NCBI GenBank assembly: GCA_040384705.1
Contig: JAZKIU010000001.1
Span: 153,907 to 217,906 of the forward strand
Source of the DNA: Patescibacteria group bacterium
GTDB taxonomy: Bacteria; Patescibacteriota; Minisyncoccia; Phycocordibacterales; Phycocordibacteraceae
Direction of reading: 5' to 3'
Length of the DNA stretch: 64,000 bases
A program made the position numbers and the translations under genes. Position 1 is the first letter of the stretch. Each line of letters begins with the position of its first letter. The notes beneath the pieces are model-generated. The model saw only the letters and a list, made by a program, of their open reading frames with translations. It made no database searches and had not been told where the DNA came from. Shown here piece after piece: positions 50,350 to 59,888 of this stretch.

Positions 50350-50421
50350 GCCGATGTAGCTCAGGGGTAGAGCAACTCCATGGTAAGGAGTAGGTCGGCA
50401 GTTCAATTCTGCCCATCGGCT
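50350..50421 (+). tRNA. tRNA-Thr(GGU)
   Basis: GCCGATG/CATCGGC acceptor, anticodon GGT. Confidence 0.93.
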
Positions 50422-50484
50422 CAGTCGTGTTCAACCATTCTTCATGGTCAGTAGTGTTAGCTGCGGAGACTCAACAGTAAGCGC

Positions 50485-51081
50485 ATGAATGTCATCACAC
50501 CCTCTCGGATAGCGCTCGGCCTGTTCACGCTCGCATACATCGTCATTGCGGCGTTCTATTTCGTATCGATAGGGAATACGGAGTTCCTCAGCTATATCGC
50601 CGCTGTCGCGCTCATACTCGCCCTCATCGCCTGCACCCTTAAATGGACGTGCCTGCCGACATGGCTCCTCTGGATGCTTTCGCTCCAGATGCTGCTCCAC
50701 ATACTTGGGGGTGGCATACAGGTAGCGAACGATGTCCTCTACAACTATGTGGTCATGCCGCTCGATAACCCGACGGGGCTCACGTTCATAAAGTTCGACC
50801 AGGTGGTGCACACCTATGGCTCCATCATCGCTGCGCTCGCGGTCTATTTCTTCCTCGCACGCGATGGGAAGTTCCATCCCATCGGTCTCGCACTCCTGAC
50901 GATATTCGGTGCGATGGGTATCGGCGCGATGAACGAGATAATCGAGTTCATCGCCAAGCTGACGATTCCGGACACGGACGTGGGTGGCTACTACAATACG
51001 GCAATCGATCTCGTCGTGAATCTGGTTGGAAGTATTATTGGTACACTTATCGGCCTGTTCTGCTGGAAGAAGCATGCTTGA
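50485..51081 (+). CDS. Membrane protein (DUF2238/YjdF-like)
   Basis: LHILGG, FDQVVH, NEIIEF, NTAIDL; multiple TM segments. Confidence 0.8.
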   Translation: MNVITPSRIALGLFTLAYIVIAAFYFVSIGNTEFLSYIAAVALILALIACTLKWTCLPTWLLWMLSLQMLLHILGGGIQVANDVLYNYVVMPLDNPTGLTFIKFDQVVHTYGSIIAALAVYFFLARDGKFHPIGLALLTIFGAMGIGAMNEIIEFIAKLTIPDTDVGGYYNTAIDLVVNLVGSIIGTLIGLFCWKKHA

Positions 51082-51116
51082 AAGCATTGCTATTTCTAGG
51101 TATTGTACGCAAACAA

Positions 51117-51192
51117 GCCACCTTAGCTCAGTTGGTAGAGCGTGTCACTCGTAACGACAAGGTCCCCGGTTCAATCCCGGGAGGTGGCTCCA
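51117..51192 (+). tRNA. tRNA-Thr(CGU), CCA encoded
   Basis: GCCACCT/AGGTGGC acceptor, anticodon CGT. Confidence 0.93.
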
Positions 51193-51265
51193 ACCCGGGT
51201 GTATAGTTTAGCTAGACAGAGATGTCGTCCGTCGGCCGCGATAATCGTAACCGTTGGTCCTTTGA

Positions 51266-51508
51266 ATGGGTGCAGCTATGGGAGTCATGGTAGAAGTCTT
51301 CGATTCAAACGGAAACTTGATCGAGAAGAATTATACGAGAGCAACGAGCTTCGTTGACCTGGTTCGTCAGGGTTGCGATCCGGAAGACAGGTACTGGATT
51401 CCCTTCGATGACATGGCTTACAAAATAATCTCCGTCGAACAATTTCCGACTCCACAAAACGGAGCAAACGGCTTAGTCCGTATCAAACGTTCTGCGGGAC
51501 TGAACTAG
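51266..51508 (+). CDS. Small hypothetical protein after tRNA-Thr
   Basis: 80-aa ORF filling the gap, AT-richer than neighbours. Confidence 0.55.
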   Translation: MGAAMGVMVEVFDSNGNLIEKNYTRATSFVDLVRQGCDPEDRYWIPFDDMAYKIISVEQFPTPQNGANGLVRIKRSAGLN

Positions 51509-51550
51509 CGACTGCGGCGCCCTCGGGCGCCGTTTTGCTATACTCCACCC

Positions 51551-52420
51551 ATGAGTCCCGAGGAGCGGATGAAGGAGATAGAAGCGCTGATGGCGAGCCC
51601 TGATTTCTGGGCGGACAAGGATGAGGCGCAGCGGCGTGTCGCTGAATACCAATCGCTTAAGGAGGGAGGGGATGGAGACTCGCTCGATGGAGGAAGCGCG
51701 ACGCTCGCCGTGCTCGCGGGCGCAGGAGGCGACGATGCGGAGGACTTCGCCGCGATGCTCCGTCGCATGTACGAGGGGTACGCGAAGTCGAAAGGGTGGA
51801 GCGTGCTCGAGCTCCATGCGAACGAGAACAACCATGGAGGGTTCCGTAACCTCCTCCTTGAGATAACAGGGAAGGGCGCGTACGGGAGACTTAAGAACGA
51901 AGCGGGTGTGCATCGCTTGGTACGCATCTCTCCCTTCAATGCGAACGATAAGCGCCAGACCTCGTTCGCGCTCGTCGAGGTGCTCCCGAAGCTCGATGCG
52001 CAGCACAAGGTGGAGCTGCGTCCTGATGACCTCGATATCCAGTTCGCGAAATCAGGTGGTGCCGGCGGTCAGAACGTGAACAAGCGGGAGACCGCGGTGC
52101 GGATTACCCACACCCCGAGCGGCGTATCGGTTCATGTATCGAGCGAGCGGAGCCAGCTCGCGAATCGCGAGAAAGCGCTCGAATTCATCCAGGCGAAGCT
52201 GTTCCGTATGGAGGAGGAGCGCCGCGATGCCGAGGCGAAAGGGCGCTCCATAGCGACGTCTACGGCCAACGAATGGGGCTCCCAGATGCGTTCCTATGTC
52301 CTGCATCCGTACAAAATGGTGAAGGACCACGAGACGGGGCACGAATCAGGCAACCCGGACGCTGTTCTTGCAGGTGATCTGGATGATTTTATAGACGCTT
52401 CCCGCGAGCCTGGGGTATAA
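51551..52420 (+). CDS. prfB: Peptide chain release factor 2 (N-terminally shortened)
   Basis: GVHRLVRISPF (SPF), GGQNVNK, WGSQMRSYVLHPY. Confidence 0.92.
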   Translation: MSPEERMKEIEALMASPDFWADKDEAQRRVAEYQSLKEGGDGDSLDGGSATLAVLAGAGGDDAEDFAAMLRRMYEGYAKSKGWSVLELHANENNHGGFRNLLLEITGKGAYGRLKNEAGVHRLVRISPFNANDKRQTSFALVEVLPKLDAQHKVELRPDDLDIQFAKSGGAGGQNVNKRETAVRITHTPSGVSVHVSSERSQLANREKALEFIQAKLFRMEEERRDAEAKGRSIATSTANEWGSQMRSYVLHPYKMVKDHETGHESGNPDAVLAGDLDDFIDASREPGV

Positions 52421-52440
52421 TGCTTTCCGTTGTTTAACCT

Positions 52441-53124
52441 ATGATCTATTTCGACCGGGTCACCAAGATACATCGCGACGGTACTTCCGGGCTCGATGGA
52501 GTGACCCTCAAGATAGCGCCTAAGGAATTCGTCTCCATCGTCGGTCACTCGGGAGCGGGGAAGACCACCCTCCTGCGTATGTTGCTTGCTGAGGACCGGC
52601 CTACCGAAGGTTCGGTCTTCTTCGAGGACATCGATGTGCATGCGGTGCCGCGCAGCGCCCTCCATCACTACCGCCGGAAGATAGGTATGGTGTTCCAGGA
52701 CTTCCGCCTCATCCCGCACAAGACGGCGTACGAGAACATCGCGTTCGCTATGGAAGCTGCGGGGCGCCCTCAGGAGGAGATAGACTCCGACGTGCCGCAC
52801 ATCCTCGGCCTCGTCGATCTGACCGACAAGGCATGGCACTTCCCGCACCAGCTCTCAGGCGGGGAGCAGCAGCGCGTCGCCATTGGCCGCGCCATCATCA
52901 ACCAGCCGGACGTCATCGTTGCGGACGAACCGACGGGGAACCTGGATCCGATGAACACCTTCGAGATCATGGATATTCTCAAGAAGATAAATGAGCTCGT
53001 GGGCACCACCGTGCTCATTACGACGCATAACAAGGGCGTCGTGGACTCGCTCGGCAAGCGCGTCGTGACGATGGACAAGGGAAGGATTATCCGCGATGAC
53101 CTGCAGGGTCAGTACGTACTATAG
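52441..53124 (+). CDS. ftsE: Cell division ABC ATPase FtsE
   Basis: [33 protein letters not shown]. Confidence 0.95.
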   Translation: MIYFDRVTKIHRDGTSGLDGVTLKIAPKEFVSIVGHSGAGKTTLLRMLLAEDRPTEGSVFFEDIDVHAVPRSALHHYRRKIGMVFQDFRLIPHKTAYENIAFAMEAAGRPQEEIDSDVPHILGLVDLTDKAWHFPHQLSGGEQQRVAIGRAIINQPDVIVADEPTGNLDPMNTFEIMDILKKINELVGTTVLITTHNKGVVDSLGKRVVTMDKGRIIRDDLQGQYVL

Positions 53125-53129
53125 ATTTT

Positions 53130-54044
53130 ATGCTTTGGACCTCACTTAAACGGATAGCATCGAGCGGCGCGAAGAACTTCGCACGGAGTGGGGCTGTCTC
53201 ATTCGCGACCGTGCTCATCATGACGGTAACGCTCGTCATCGTCGGATTCCTCATCTTCCTTTCCGCGCTCCTCACCCATACGCTCGCTCTCGTGCAGGAC
53301 AAGGTGGACGTGAACGTGTACTTCGTCGTCGAGGCCGCTGAAAGCGACATCCTTGCCATCAAGGACGATCTTGAAGCGCTTCCTGAAGTAGCGACCGTTA
53401 CCTATACGTCCCGCGATGCAGCGCTCGAGGAGTTCAAGAGCCGCCACGCGAACGACCAGCTTACGCTCCAGGCGCTCGAGGAGCTCGGCGAGAACCCGCT
53501 CGGGGCATCGCTCGCCATAAAGGCGAAGGATCCGAGCCAGTACGAGGCCATCGTGAACCACCTCGCGGACGACCCAAGCGGCACCGACATCGTCGACCGC
53601 ATCAACTACTACCAGAACAAGTCGGTCATAGACCGCCTCACGGGCGCTATACAGACCATGGAGAAGGCAGGGCTCTTCGTCGTGATTCTCTTTGCGGGCG
53701 CATCCGTCATCATCGCGCTTGCGACCATCCGCCTCGCTATATACAGCGCGCGGGACGAGATAGCGGTCATGCGGCTCGTAGGAGCTTCCAACATGTATAT
53801 CCGCGGCCCATTCATCGTGGCCGGTATCCTCTCGGGAATCATGGCTGCGGTCATAGCGCTCCTCCTGTTCTATCCCGCGACGTGGTACGCCGGGAGCGCG
53901 CTCTCGGGCTGGCTCGGCGGGTTCAACCTCTTCGACTATTACGTCTCGAACTTCGCGATGGTGTTCGGCATCCTCGTGGGCTCAGGCATTTTGATAGGGG
54001 CGCTCGCTTCGTGGCTCGCGGTGCGTAGGTATCTGAAGGTGTAA
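53130..54044 (+). CDS. ftsX: Cell division permease FtsX
   Basis: ENPL.ASL, TIRLAI..R.EI.VMRLVGA...IRGPF. Confidence 0.93.
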   Translation: MLWTSLKRIASSGAKNFARSGAVSFATVLIMTVTLVIVGFLIFLSALLTHTLALVQDKVDVNVYFVVEAAESDILAIKDDLEALPEVATVTYTSRDAALEEFKSRHANDQLTLQALEELGENPLGASLAIKAKDPSQYEAIVNHLADDPSGTDIVDRINYYQNKSVIDRLTGAIQTMEKAGLFVVILFAGASVIIALATIRLAIYSARDEIAVMRLVGASNMYIRGPFIVAGILSGIMAAVIALLLFYPATWYAGSALSGWLGGFNLFDYYVSNFAMVFGILVGSGILIGALASWLAVRRYLKV

Positions 54045-54046
54045 GT

Positions 54047-55699
54047 ATGGCGAAGGAAGGTCATAAGTACATATTCGTCCTCGGCGGCGTGATGAGCGGC
54101 GTGGGTAAGGGCATCGCCACTTCCTCGATGGGCCTCATCCTCAAGGAGCGCGGATACGAAGTGAATCTCGTGAAGGTGGACCCGTACCTCAATGTGGACG
54201 CGGGTACGATGAACCCTACCGAGCACGGCGAAGTATTCGTGCTCAAGAGCGGGCTCGAGACCGACCAGGACATGGGCAACTACGAGCGCTTCCTCGGGCG
54301 CGATCTCGGCACCCAGGACTATATGACCTCCGGCATGGTGTACCAGTCGGTGATAGCGCGCGAACGCGCGCTTGAGTACGGCGGAAAGTGCATCGAAGCC
54401 ATTCCGCACGTGCGCGATGAGATACTCCGTCGCATCGAGGCCGCGGCCGACCATAACGGAAGCCGCATCTCCGTCATCGAGATAGGGGGAACGGTGGGGG
54501 ACTTCCAGAACGCGCTCTTCATCGAGGCGGCGCGCGTCATGCGCCTCAAGCATCCGAACGATGTCCGCTTCGTGATGGTGTCGTACCTGCCGGTGCCGAG
54601 CACGCTCGGCGAGATGAAGACGAAACCTACCCAGAGCGCGGTACGCGAGCTCAACTCGTACGGCGTGCAGCCTGATTTCATACTCGCGCGCTCCAAGGGC
54701 CCGATGGACGAGAAGCGTAAGGAGAAGCTCGCTATCTGGTGCAATGTGCCGCCTGACCACATCATCTCGGCACCCGACGTCGACAGCATCTATGACGTGC
54801 CGCTCAATTTCGAGAAGGATAATCTTGGGGACCTTTTGCTCGATGCGCTCTCGCTTCCGAAGGACAAGGCGGCCGACTTCTCTGACTGGAAGGAGTTCGT
54901 GGACAGGACGAAAGTGGAGAAGCCTACGGTGAAGATAGGTATTGTCGGGAAGTATTTCGATACAGGGGATTTCGTGCTCTCGGATGCCTACCTCTCCGTC
55001 ATCGAAGCTCTGAAGTTCTCAGCTGCAGCGGTTGGCGTCAAAGCAATCATCGAATGGGTGAATGCGAAGGATATCGGGACGAAGGAGGATGCCGAGAAGC
55101 TTGAGCAGTACGATGGCGTCATCGTGCCAGGCGGGTTCGGCGAGACCGGCATCGAAGGGAAGATAAAGGCGGCGGAGTATACGCGCACGCACCGCATCCC
55201 GTACTTTGGCCTCTGCTATGGCATGCACATGCTCGTCATCGAATACGCGCGCAATGTGCTCGGGCTTGAGGGGGCGCATACGGTCGAGATAGACCCGAAC
55301 GCGGCGCATCCGGTCGTGGACGTCATGCCCGACCAGAAGGCGCTCATCGCCGAAGGGAAGTATGGCGGCACCATGCGCCTCGGTTCGTACCCAGCGCATC
55401 TAGCGGAAGGCACCATCGCTCGTGAAGCCTACGGAACCGATGTCGTAGAAGAGCGCCATCGCCATCGGTACGAGATAAACCCGGAATACATCGAGCGGCT
55501 TACCCAGAAAGGTCTCGTGTTCTCAGGGAAGTCTCCTGACGGGGTGCTCATGGAGATAGCGGAGCTTCCGAAGACCGAGCATCCGTTCTATCTTGGCTGC
55601 CAGTTCCATCCGGAGCTCCAGGCGCGTCCGCTCACCCCGCACCCGCTTTTCACGAAGTTCCTCGAGGCGGCGCAGAAGCGCGCGGATTTCAGGGGGTAG
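54047..55699 (+). CDS. pyrG: CTP synthase
   Basis: GGVMSGVGKG, DPYLNVDAGTMNP, KTKPTQ, GLCYGM, CQFHPE. Confidence 0.98.
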   Translation: MAKEGHKYIFVLGGVMSGVGKGIATSSMGLILKERGYEVNLVKVDPYLNVDAGTMNPTEHGEVFVLKSGLETDQDMGNYERFLGRDLGTQDYMTSGMVYQSVIARERALEYGGKCIEAIPHVRDEILRRIEAAADHNGSRISVIEIGGTVGDFQNALFIEAARVMRLKHPNDVRFVMVSYLPVPSTLGEMKTKPTQSAVRELNSYGVQPDFILARSKGPMDEKRKEKLAIWCNVPPDHIISAPDVDSIYDVPLNFEKDNLGDLLLDALSLPKDKAADFSDWKEFVDRTKVEKPTVKIGIVGKYFDTGDFVLSDAYLSVIEALKFSAAAVGVKAIIEWVNAKDIGTKEDAEKLEQYDGVIVPGGFGETGIEGKIKAAEYTRTHRIPYFGLCYGMHMLVIEYARNVLGLEGAHTVEIDPNAAHPVVDVMPDQKALIAEGKYGGTMRLGSYPAHLAEGTIAREAYGTDVVEERHRHRYEINPEYIERLTQKGLVFSGKSPDGVLMEIAELPKTEHPFYLGCQFHPELQARPLTPHPLFTKFLEAAQKRADFRG

Positions 55700-55787
55700 C
55701 GGGACTGTAAGAGCATTGTGAGTATAAAAGACGGCCTCCCAAAAGGGAGGCCGTTAAGTCATGGCGCGCATGCGCCGAAAGATCTAG

Positions 55788-56216
55788 TTATGCCGCTTGT
55801 TGTTCCGGAGAAAAGAACTCTTCGAGCCTCCTATTCTCCTTGGGTGTCCGCGGCCAGAATGCCACGTCCCTCACACGGACAGGCTTTCCCCCGGGAGGCG
55901 CGACACTTTCCTCCCGAATGACGCACTTGTTGTCCTCGACATGGAGCCGTAGGTGCGGCACCGGTCTCTCGTACAGGTGATTGAGCGGTTCGTGGAACGT
56001 CGTATCGACATCAAGCGCGATGTACGGCTCGTCAGGGCTTTCGAGATTGCTCTCCACCAGGAAGCGCGGCACACGTCTGGAAAGTTCCCAGAGACGATCC
56101 TCGCCGAGCGATACCTCGTGAGCCGCATTAAGCGGCTGTAGATGGATACCCGCTCCCCGAAGGAAGTTATAGATAGTCTGGCTGTACGCGCCCTTCAGAA
56201 CCAACTTAAAACTCAT
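55788..56216 (-). CDS. Hypothetical protein (ORFan cassette)
   Basis: 142 aa, AAGAGGAGAG SD and TTGACT...TAGAAT promoter-like sequence. Confidence 0.7.
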   Translation of the reverse strand: MSFKLVLKGAYSQTIYNFLRGAGIHLQPLNAAHEVSLGEDRLWELSRRVPRFLVESNLESPDEPYIALDVDTTFHEPLNHLYERPVPHLRLHVEDNKCVIREESVAPPGGKPVRVRDVAFWPRTPKENRRLEEFFSPEQQAA

Positions 56217-56339
56217 GCATCTCTCCTCTTGGTGGCGTGATTGCCCGAACGAGATAATAGCATTCTAACCTGTATGTAAGGTGAAGTCAATGACCTCGCT
56301 CGGCGCTATACTTTTCAGGTACCCATTAATTATTTCCGC

Positions 56340-56783
56340 ATGGAAGTAGCAATAAACTATCTAGCCATCCTGGGAGCGGTCGTAGCTGCAGTGGTGCTCG
56401 GCTCGCTCTGGTATGGCCCGTTGTTCGGTAAGGCGTGGATGAGAGAAGTAGGTCTCACCGCAGACGATGTGACGAAGGCCAAGACCGACCCATCTGCAAA
56501 GAATGCGATGCTCAGGAGCTATGCGCTCATGACGCTCAGCAGCGTCGTCATGGCGTATGTCCTCGTGCATACGCTCGCGTTCGCTTCGGCATATACGCAG
56601 ACGTCCGGCATCGCAGCGGGCCTCATGGCCGGCTTCTGGAGCTGGCTCGGCTTCGTCGTGCCGGTATCGCTCGGTCCAGTGCTCTGGGAGAACAAGAGCT
56701 GGAGATACTGGTTCATCACCTCCGGCTACTATCTCGTGAACCTGCTCATCATGGGCGTCATCCTCGCCTCGTTCCCGGTATAG
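56340..56783 (+). CDS. DUF1761-like membrane protein
   Basis: INYLAIL...G.LWY.PLFGK.WM; four TM segments. Confidence 0.85.
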   Translation: MEVAINYLAILGAVVAAVVLGSLWYGPLFGKAWMREVGLTADDVTKAKTDPSAKNAMLRSYALMTLSSVVMAYVLVHTLAFASAYTQTSGIAAGLMAGFWSWLGFVVPVSLGPVLWENKSWRYWFITSGYYLVNLLIMGVILASFPV

Positions 56784-56848
56784 ATCGTTATCCCCACATC
56801 GTCTTCGTGCCCGTAGCGCGCATGACGCATTCGGTATAAAGTACTTGA

Positions 56849-56884
56849 ACTAAGTCCTGGCTCCGCCAGGGCTTAGTACTTTTT
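56849..56884 (+). terminator. Strong hairpin with T-tract
   Basis: ACTAAGTCCTGGC-tcc-GCCAGGGCTTAGT followed by ACTTTTT. Confidence 0.6.
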
Positions 56885-56954
56885 ATACGGTTGAATTCAC
56901 CTGCTATTTCGAGTATTGTGACCGGACTGGAGCGGCCTCGGCCGCTCGGGTCAT

Positions 56955-57025
56955 TGCGGGATCGTCTAATGGTAGGACAGCGCTCTCTGGAGGCGTTTAT
57001 CTAGGTTCGAGTCCTAGTCCCGCAG
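56955..57025 (+). tRNA. tRNA-Gln(CUG); probable integration site
   Basis: TGCGGGA/TCCCGCA acceptor, anticodon CTG; TTGAAT-17-TATTGT promoter upstream. Confidence 0.94.
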
Positions 57026-58594
57026 CAAAGTAGGACTGAATGCGTATGTTTCTGCATTCTGTCCCGTATCCGTTGAGTTTTCTCGAGTTCGAACCATATC
57101 AAATTCTGCCTCAATCTGAATTGCATTGTCTGCAATCGCTTTGAACACAGGATGTAGATTTAGCACCACTTTTTGATTAGTGAGCACAAGGTTCGAACCG
57201 AGAGCAGAGAAGATAGCGCGGCGAGTGTTTCTGTCGCCGTTCTTGAACCACAGGTGCGCGTATCGAGCGAAGTTGAACGTTCGCTCTGAGAGCTCCACTT
57301 CCTCCTCAATCTTTTGACCAGTGCTTATCAAAGCCCTTTCAAAGCTCTGTTTTTGCTCCAAGAGAGGACTTTTGAGTTCCTGGTACTCCTCAGTTGAGAG
57401 CACCGAGCCATCTATGTTCTCTGGGGATGTGTAGCGAAGGTTGAGACTATTCAGCTGCGCAACGGTACGACTCAAGAGCTTCTGCTTGTTGTCGAGAGAT
57501 GTTTCCCGCGTTGCTGTCTGATTTTTGCGTACCTCGTGGAGATGCTTGATTGCCCACGTTTTGAATCGGTCATTTATCGTAAGCGTAGAGATAATGCCAT
57601 CAATTTGACGGCTTAGCTCATTGAGTTCAATTGAACGTTCTGTACATGATGGGTCTTTGCGCCATGTGCAGTGGTAATACACATAGTGTTTTGAAGTGCC
57701 GTTCTTGAAGCGCTTGGTCTTATTCTCAGCAGTAATCATTGCATCGCAGTTCCCGCAACGCATCAATCCGGTGAAATCAAATTGAGGCGTTTGTTTGGGA
57801 CGCTCTCTACCTTTACGTCCCAATAGTTCCTGAACGCGCCAGTACTCTTCCTCAGTAATCATTGGTTCATGTGTACCTGCCCACACACGACCAGCGTACT
57901 CATATGAGCCGTAATAGAAGGAGCTTCCGAATAGGGTATATATCGCACTACGTGCAATTGGCTTACCGCTAAGTGTTCGTAGACCCCATTCGTCGGTTGC
58001 TATACGTAATATTTCAGGCGGTGTGAAGTTGCCTGTAAGCATAAGATGCCAAGCACGCTTTACGAGCTCAAACCGCTCTGGGTCCGAGATAATCTTCTTT
58101 TCACTATTCTTATACCCGAGAGGCGCACGTCCTGGTCTAATGCCCATATCATTCTTTGTGCCAAGTCCGCGCTTCACATTTTTGCTAAGGTCTAGAACGT
58201 ACTGATTCGCTGCTCCAAACTGAAAGGCGGTCATAAGTACGTTATCGCCGGAGAAATGGTCTCCCTCGATAGTTTTTATGTGCGTCAGCGTGCCTGTTTG
58301 TAGAAGCCACTGAATGCTTCCGGCATCAATTGGGTTGCGAGCAAGTCGGTCCATCTTCCAGGACAAAATGCCTTGTGCTTCTCCAGCTCTAAGGCGCGTA
58401 ACCATATCATTGAAGACAGGACGTCCGGGGTCTTTTGCAGACTTGGATTCGCGGAAGGTCTCAACTATTTTGATACCCTCACGTTCAGCAAGCTCACGCA
58501 TTGCTTCTTCTTGAGAATCTAGACTCAAGACCTGACGTTTGACGTCTTCGGAGGATTTACGCACATATAGGAAATAGGAGTTAGAGGACGCCAT
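57014..58594 (-). CDS. Large serine recombinase (resolvase + recombinase + zinc ribbon)
   Basis: YVRKSS catalytic Ser, DRLARN, PLGY, HEPMITEE, CGNC...YYHC. Confidence 0.95.
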   Translation of the reverse strand: MASSNSYFLYVRKSSEDVKRQVLSLDSQEEAMRELAEREGIKIVETFRESKSAKDPGRPVFNDMVTRLRAGEAQGILSWKMDRLARNPIDAGSIQWLLQTGTLTHIKTIEGDHFSGDNVLMTAFQFGAANQYVLDLSKNVKRGLGTKNDMGIRPGRAPLGYKNSEKKIISDPERFELVKRAWHLMLTGNFTPPEILRIATDEWGLRTLSGKPIARSAIYTLFGSSFYYGSYEYAGRVWAGTHEPMITEEEYWRVQELLGRKGRERPKQTPQFDFTGLMRCGNCDAMITAENKTKRFKNGTSKHYVYYHCTWRKDPSCTERSIELNELSRQIDGIISTLTINDRFKTWAIKHLHEVRKNQTATRETSLDNKQKLLSRTVAQLNSLNLRYTSPENIDGSVLSTEEYQELKSPLLEQKQSFERALISTGQKIEEEVELSERTFNFARYAHLWFKNGDRNTRRAIFSALGSNLVLTNQKVVLNLHPVFKAIADNAIQIEAEFDMVRTRENSTDTGQNAETYAFSPTLLRD

Positions 58595-58760
58595 TTTGTT
58601 TCATTCGACTGATAATTGGTTCGAATGTGAACAAGCCACTCATTAGGATGAGGGCAGCGATTCCAATCCATGCCTCAATACTTTCTGGAGGCTCTACAGA
58701 GACGAAGTGAATCGTCCAGGCGAACACGATAACAGCGATAATGTTTGGTATGTATTTCAT
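58581..58760 (-). CDS. Small two-TM protein overlapping the recombinase start
   Basis: 59 aa MKYIPNIIAVIVFAW...; overlaps recombinase start by 14 nt. Confidence 0.6.
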   Translation of the reverse strand: MKYIPNIIAVIVFAWTIHFVSVEPPESIEAWIGIAALILMSGLFTFEPIISRMKQNGVL

Positions 58761-58772
58761 TTTTGGGTACAG

Positions 58773-58918
58773 AAAAAAGGGACGGCAGAGGAGCCTGCAC
58801 CCCACAAGAATGAAATTGCACGAGGCAACCATTTGTGGAGGACTCTGCCGCCCCTTTTGACCCGCAAATGGGTAAAAAAGACGAGAGCCTCGCGCAAACT
58901 TCGAACTTGTGGGGTGCC
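58773..58918 (-). promoter_or_regulatory. Structured RNA leader with antisense/target pairs
   Basis: 16-bp outer stem plus T-tract; two segments complementary to upstream leader; G-U pairs consistent only with the minus strand. Confidence 0.6.
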
Positions 58919-58939
58919 TATAAACCATAGCATTTTTGG

Positions 58940-59731
58940 TCATTTTTTCGAGGTTTTCTTCTTGATAATCCCCATGAGGTAGCCGCCCGGATTATCCAGG
59001 GGAGCGCCAGAGTTTTTGCGGCGCTGCAGCTCCTCATAGGCCTGCTCAATGACCCGTAGACCGTGGACGTTTAGTACAGCCAATAAAGGATTGATGTGGG
59101 GGTCTCCTACAGCGAGCGCTATTCGTCTCACAGCAGCCTCTTCGAGCGACTTCGGTTGGAAGGCCCCGGTAAACGTTCTTCCATTTGAAGAAACCGATAA
59201 CGTTTTTGTATCTCTTTCCGTATCCTTATCGTTATACGGACTTAGGAATGAGGTACTCGGCTCGGAAATCGAATAACCTTTTGCTATCTGGCTTTTCATC
59301 TCATCAAAGTTAGGAATCGCGGCACTCAACTTAGGACGAACTTCCTCTTCTTCGCTGAGCATTTTTTCCTCTACGGTCTCTAGCAGGGCAGGGGTCTTAG
59401 GATTGCAGTCAGGCACCTCACGGTAATTCTGCTTAGGTAAGAGCCAATATCCCATCCAAATTGGGAATGAACCTCGACGACCTTGGCGGTTTTCGAAATC
59501 AATCTGGCTCTTATCACGAAGCGAACGTAGGATTTTGTTTATGGTGTTCTCAGAGATAGTGAGGTCAAGGTCATCTCGAATATCTCCGAGGCTCGTGGTA
59601 GTGATACCCATTATGTCGGCATTACTACGCAACCAGATAAGTACGAGGTACTCAGTAGGGGTGAGCTTTCCATCCCTTCGCATCTGTGCGAGGAATCGCG
59701 GATTAGTCGTGTATGGATGAAGGCTATTCAT
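58940..59731 (-). CDS. Putative replication-initiator-like winged-HTH protein
   Basis: LTPTEYLVLIWL...ISENTINKILRSL HTH; low-complexity linker; C-terminal NPGGYLMGII like DnaD/phage replisome organiser tails. Confidence 0.6.
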   Translation of the reverse strand: MNSLHPYTTNPRFLAQMRRDGKLTPTEYLVLIWLRSNADIMGITTTSLGDIRDDLDLTISENTINKILRSLRDKSQIDFENRQGRRGSFPIWMGYWLLPKQNYREVPDCNPKTPALLETVEEKMLSEEEEVRPKLSAAIPNFDEMKSQIAKGYSISEPSTSFLSPYNDKDTERDTKTLSVSSNGRTFTGAFQPKSLEEAAVRRIALAVGDPHINPLLAVLNVHGLRVIEQAYEELQRRKNSGAPLDNPGGYLMGIIKKKTSKK

Positions 59732-59888
59732 ATTCGTTGACCCATTCCTTCTTGAGCGGCTTATAAACCACATCGAAAAGCCCCAGCAGGGCAACTGCTA
59801 GTTCAAGCGCGAAGTCGTCAGGGAGTTCAATCCCTTCTTCCTCTGCATATATTCTTTTGAATTCCAGTAGGGCTTCTTGGGAGAGCAT
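59724..59888 (-). CDS. Small acidic protein (54 aa, not in ORF track)
   Basis: MLSQEALLEFKRIYAEEEGIELPDDFALELAVALLGLFDVVYKPLKKEWVNEYE; stop overlaps start of next gene. Confidence 0.7.
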   Translation of the reverse strand: MLSQEALLEFKRIYAEEEGIELPDDFALELAVALLGLFDVVYKPLKKEWVNEYE

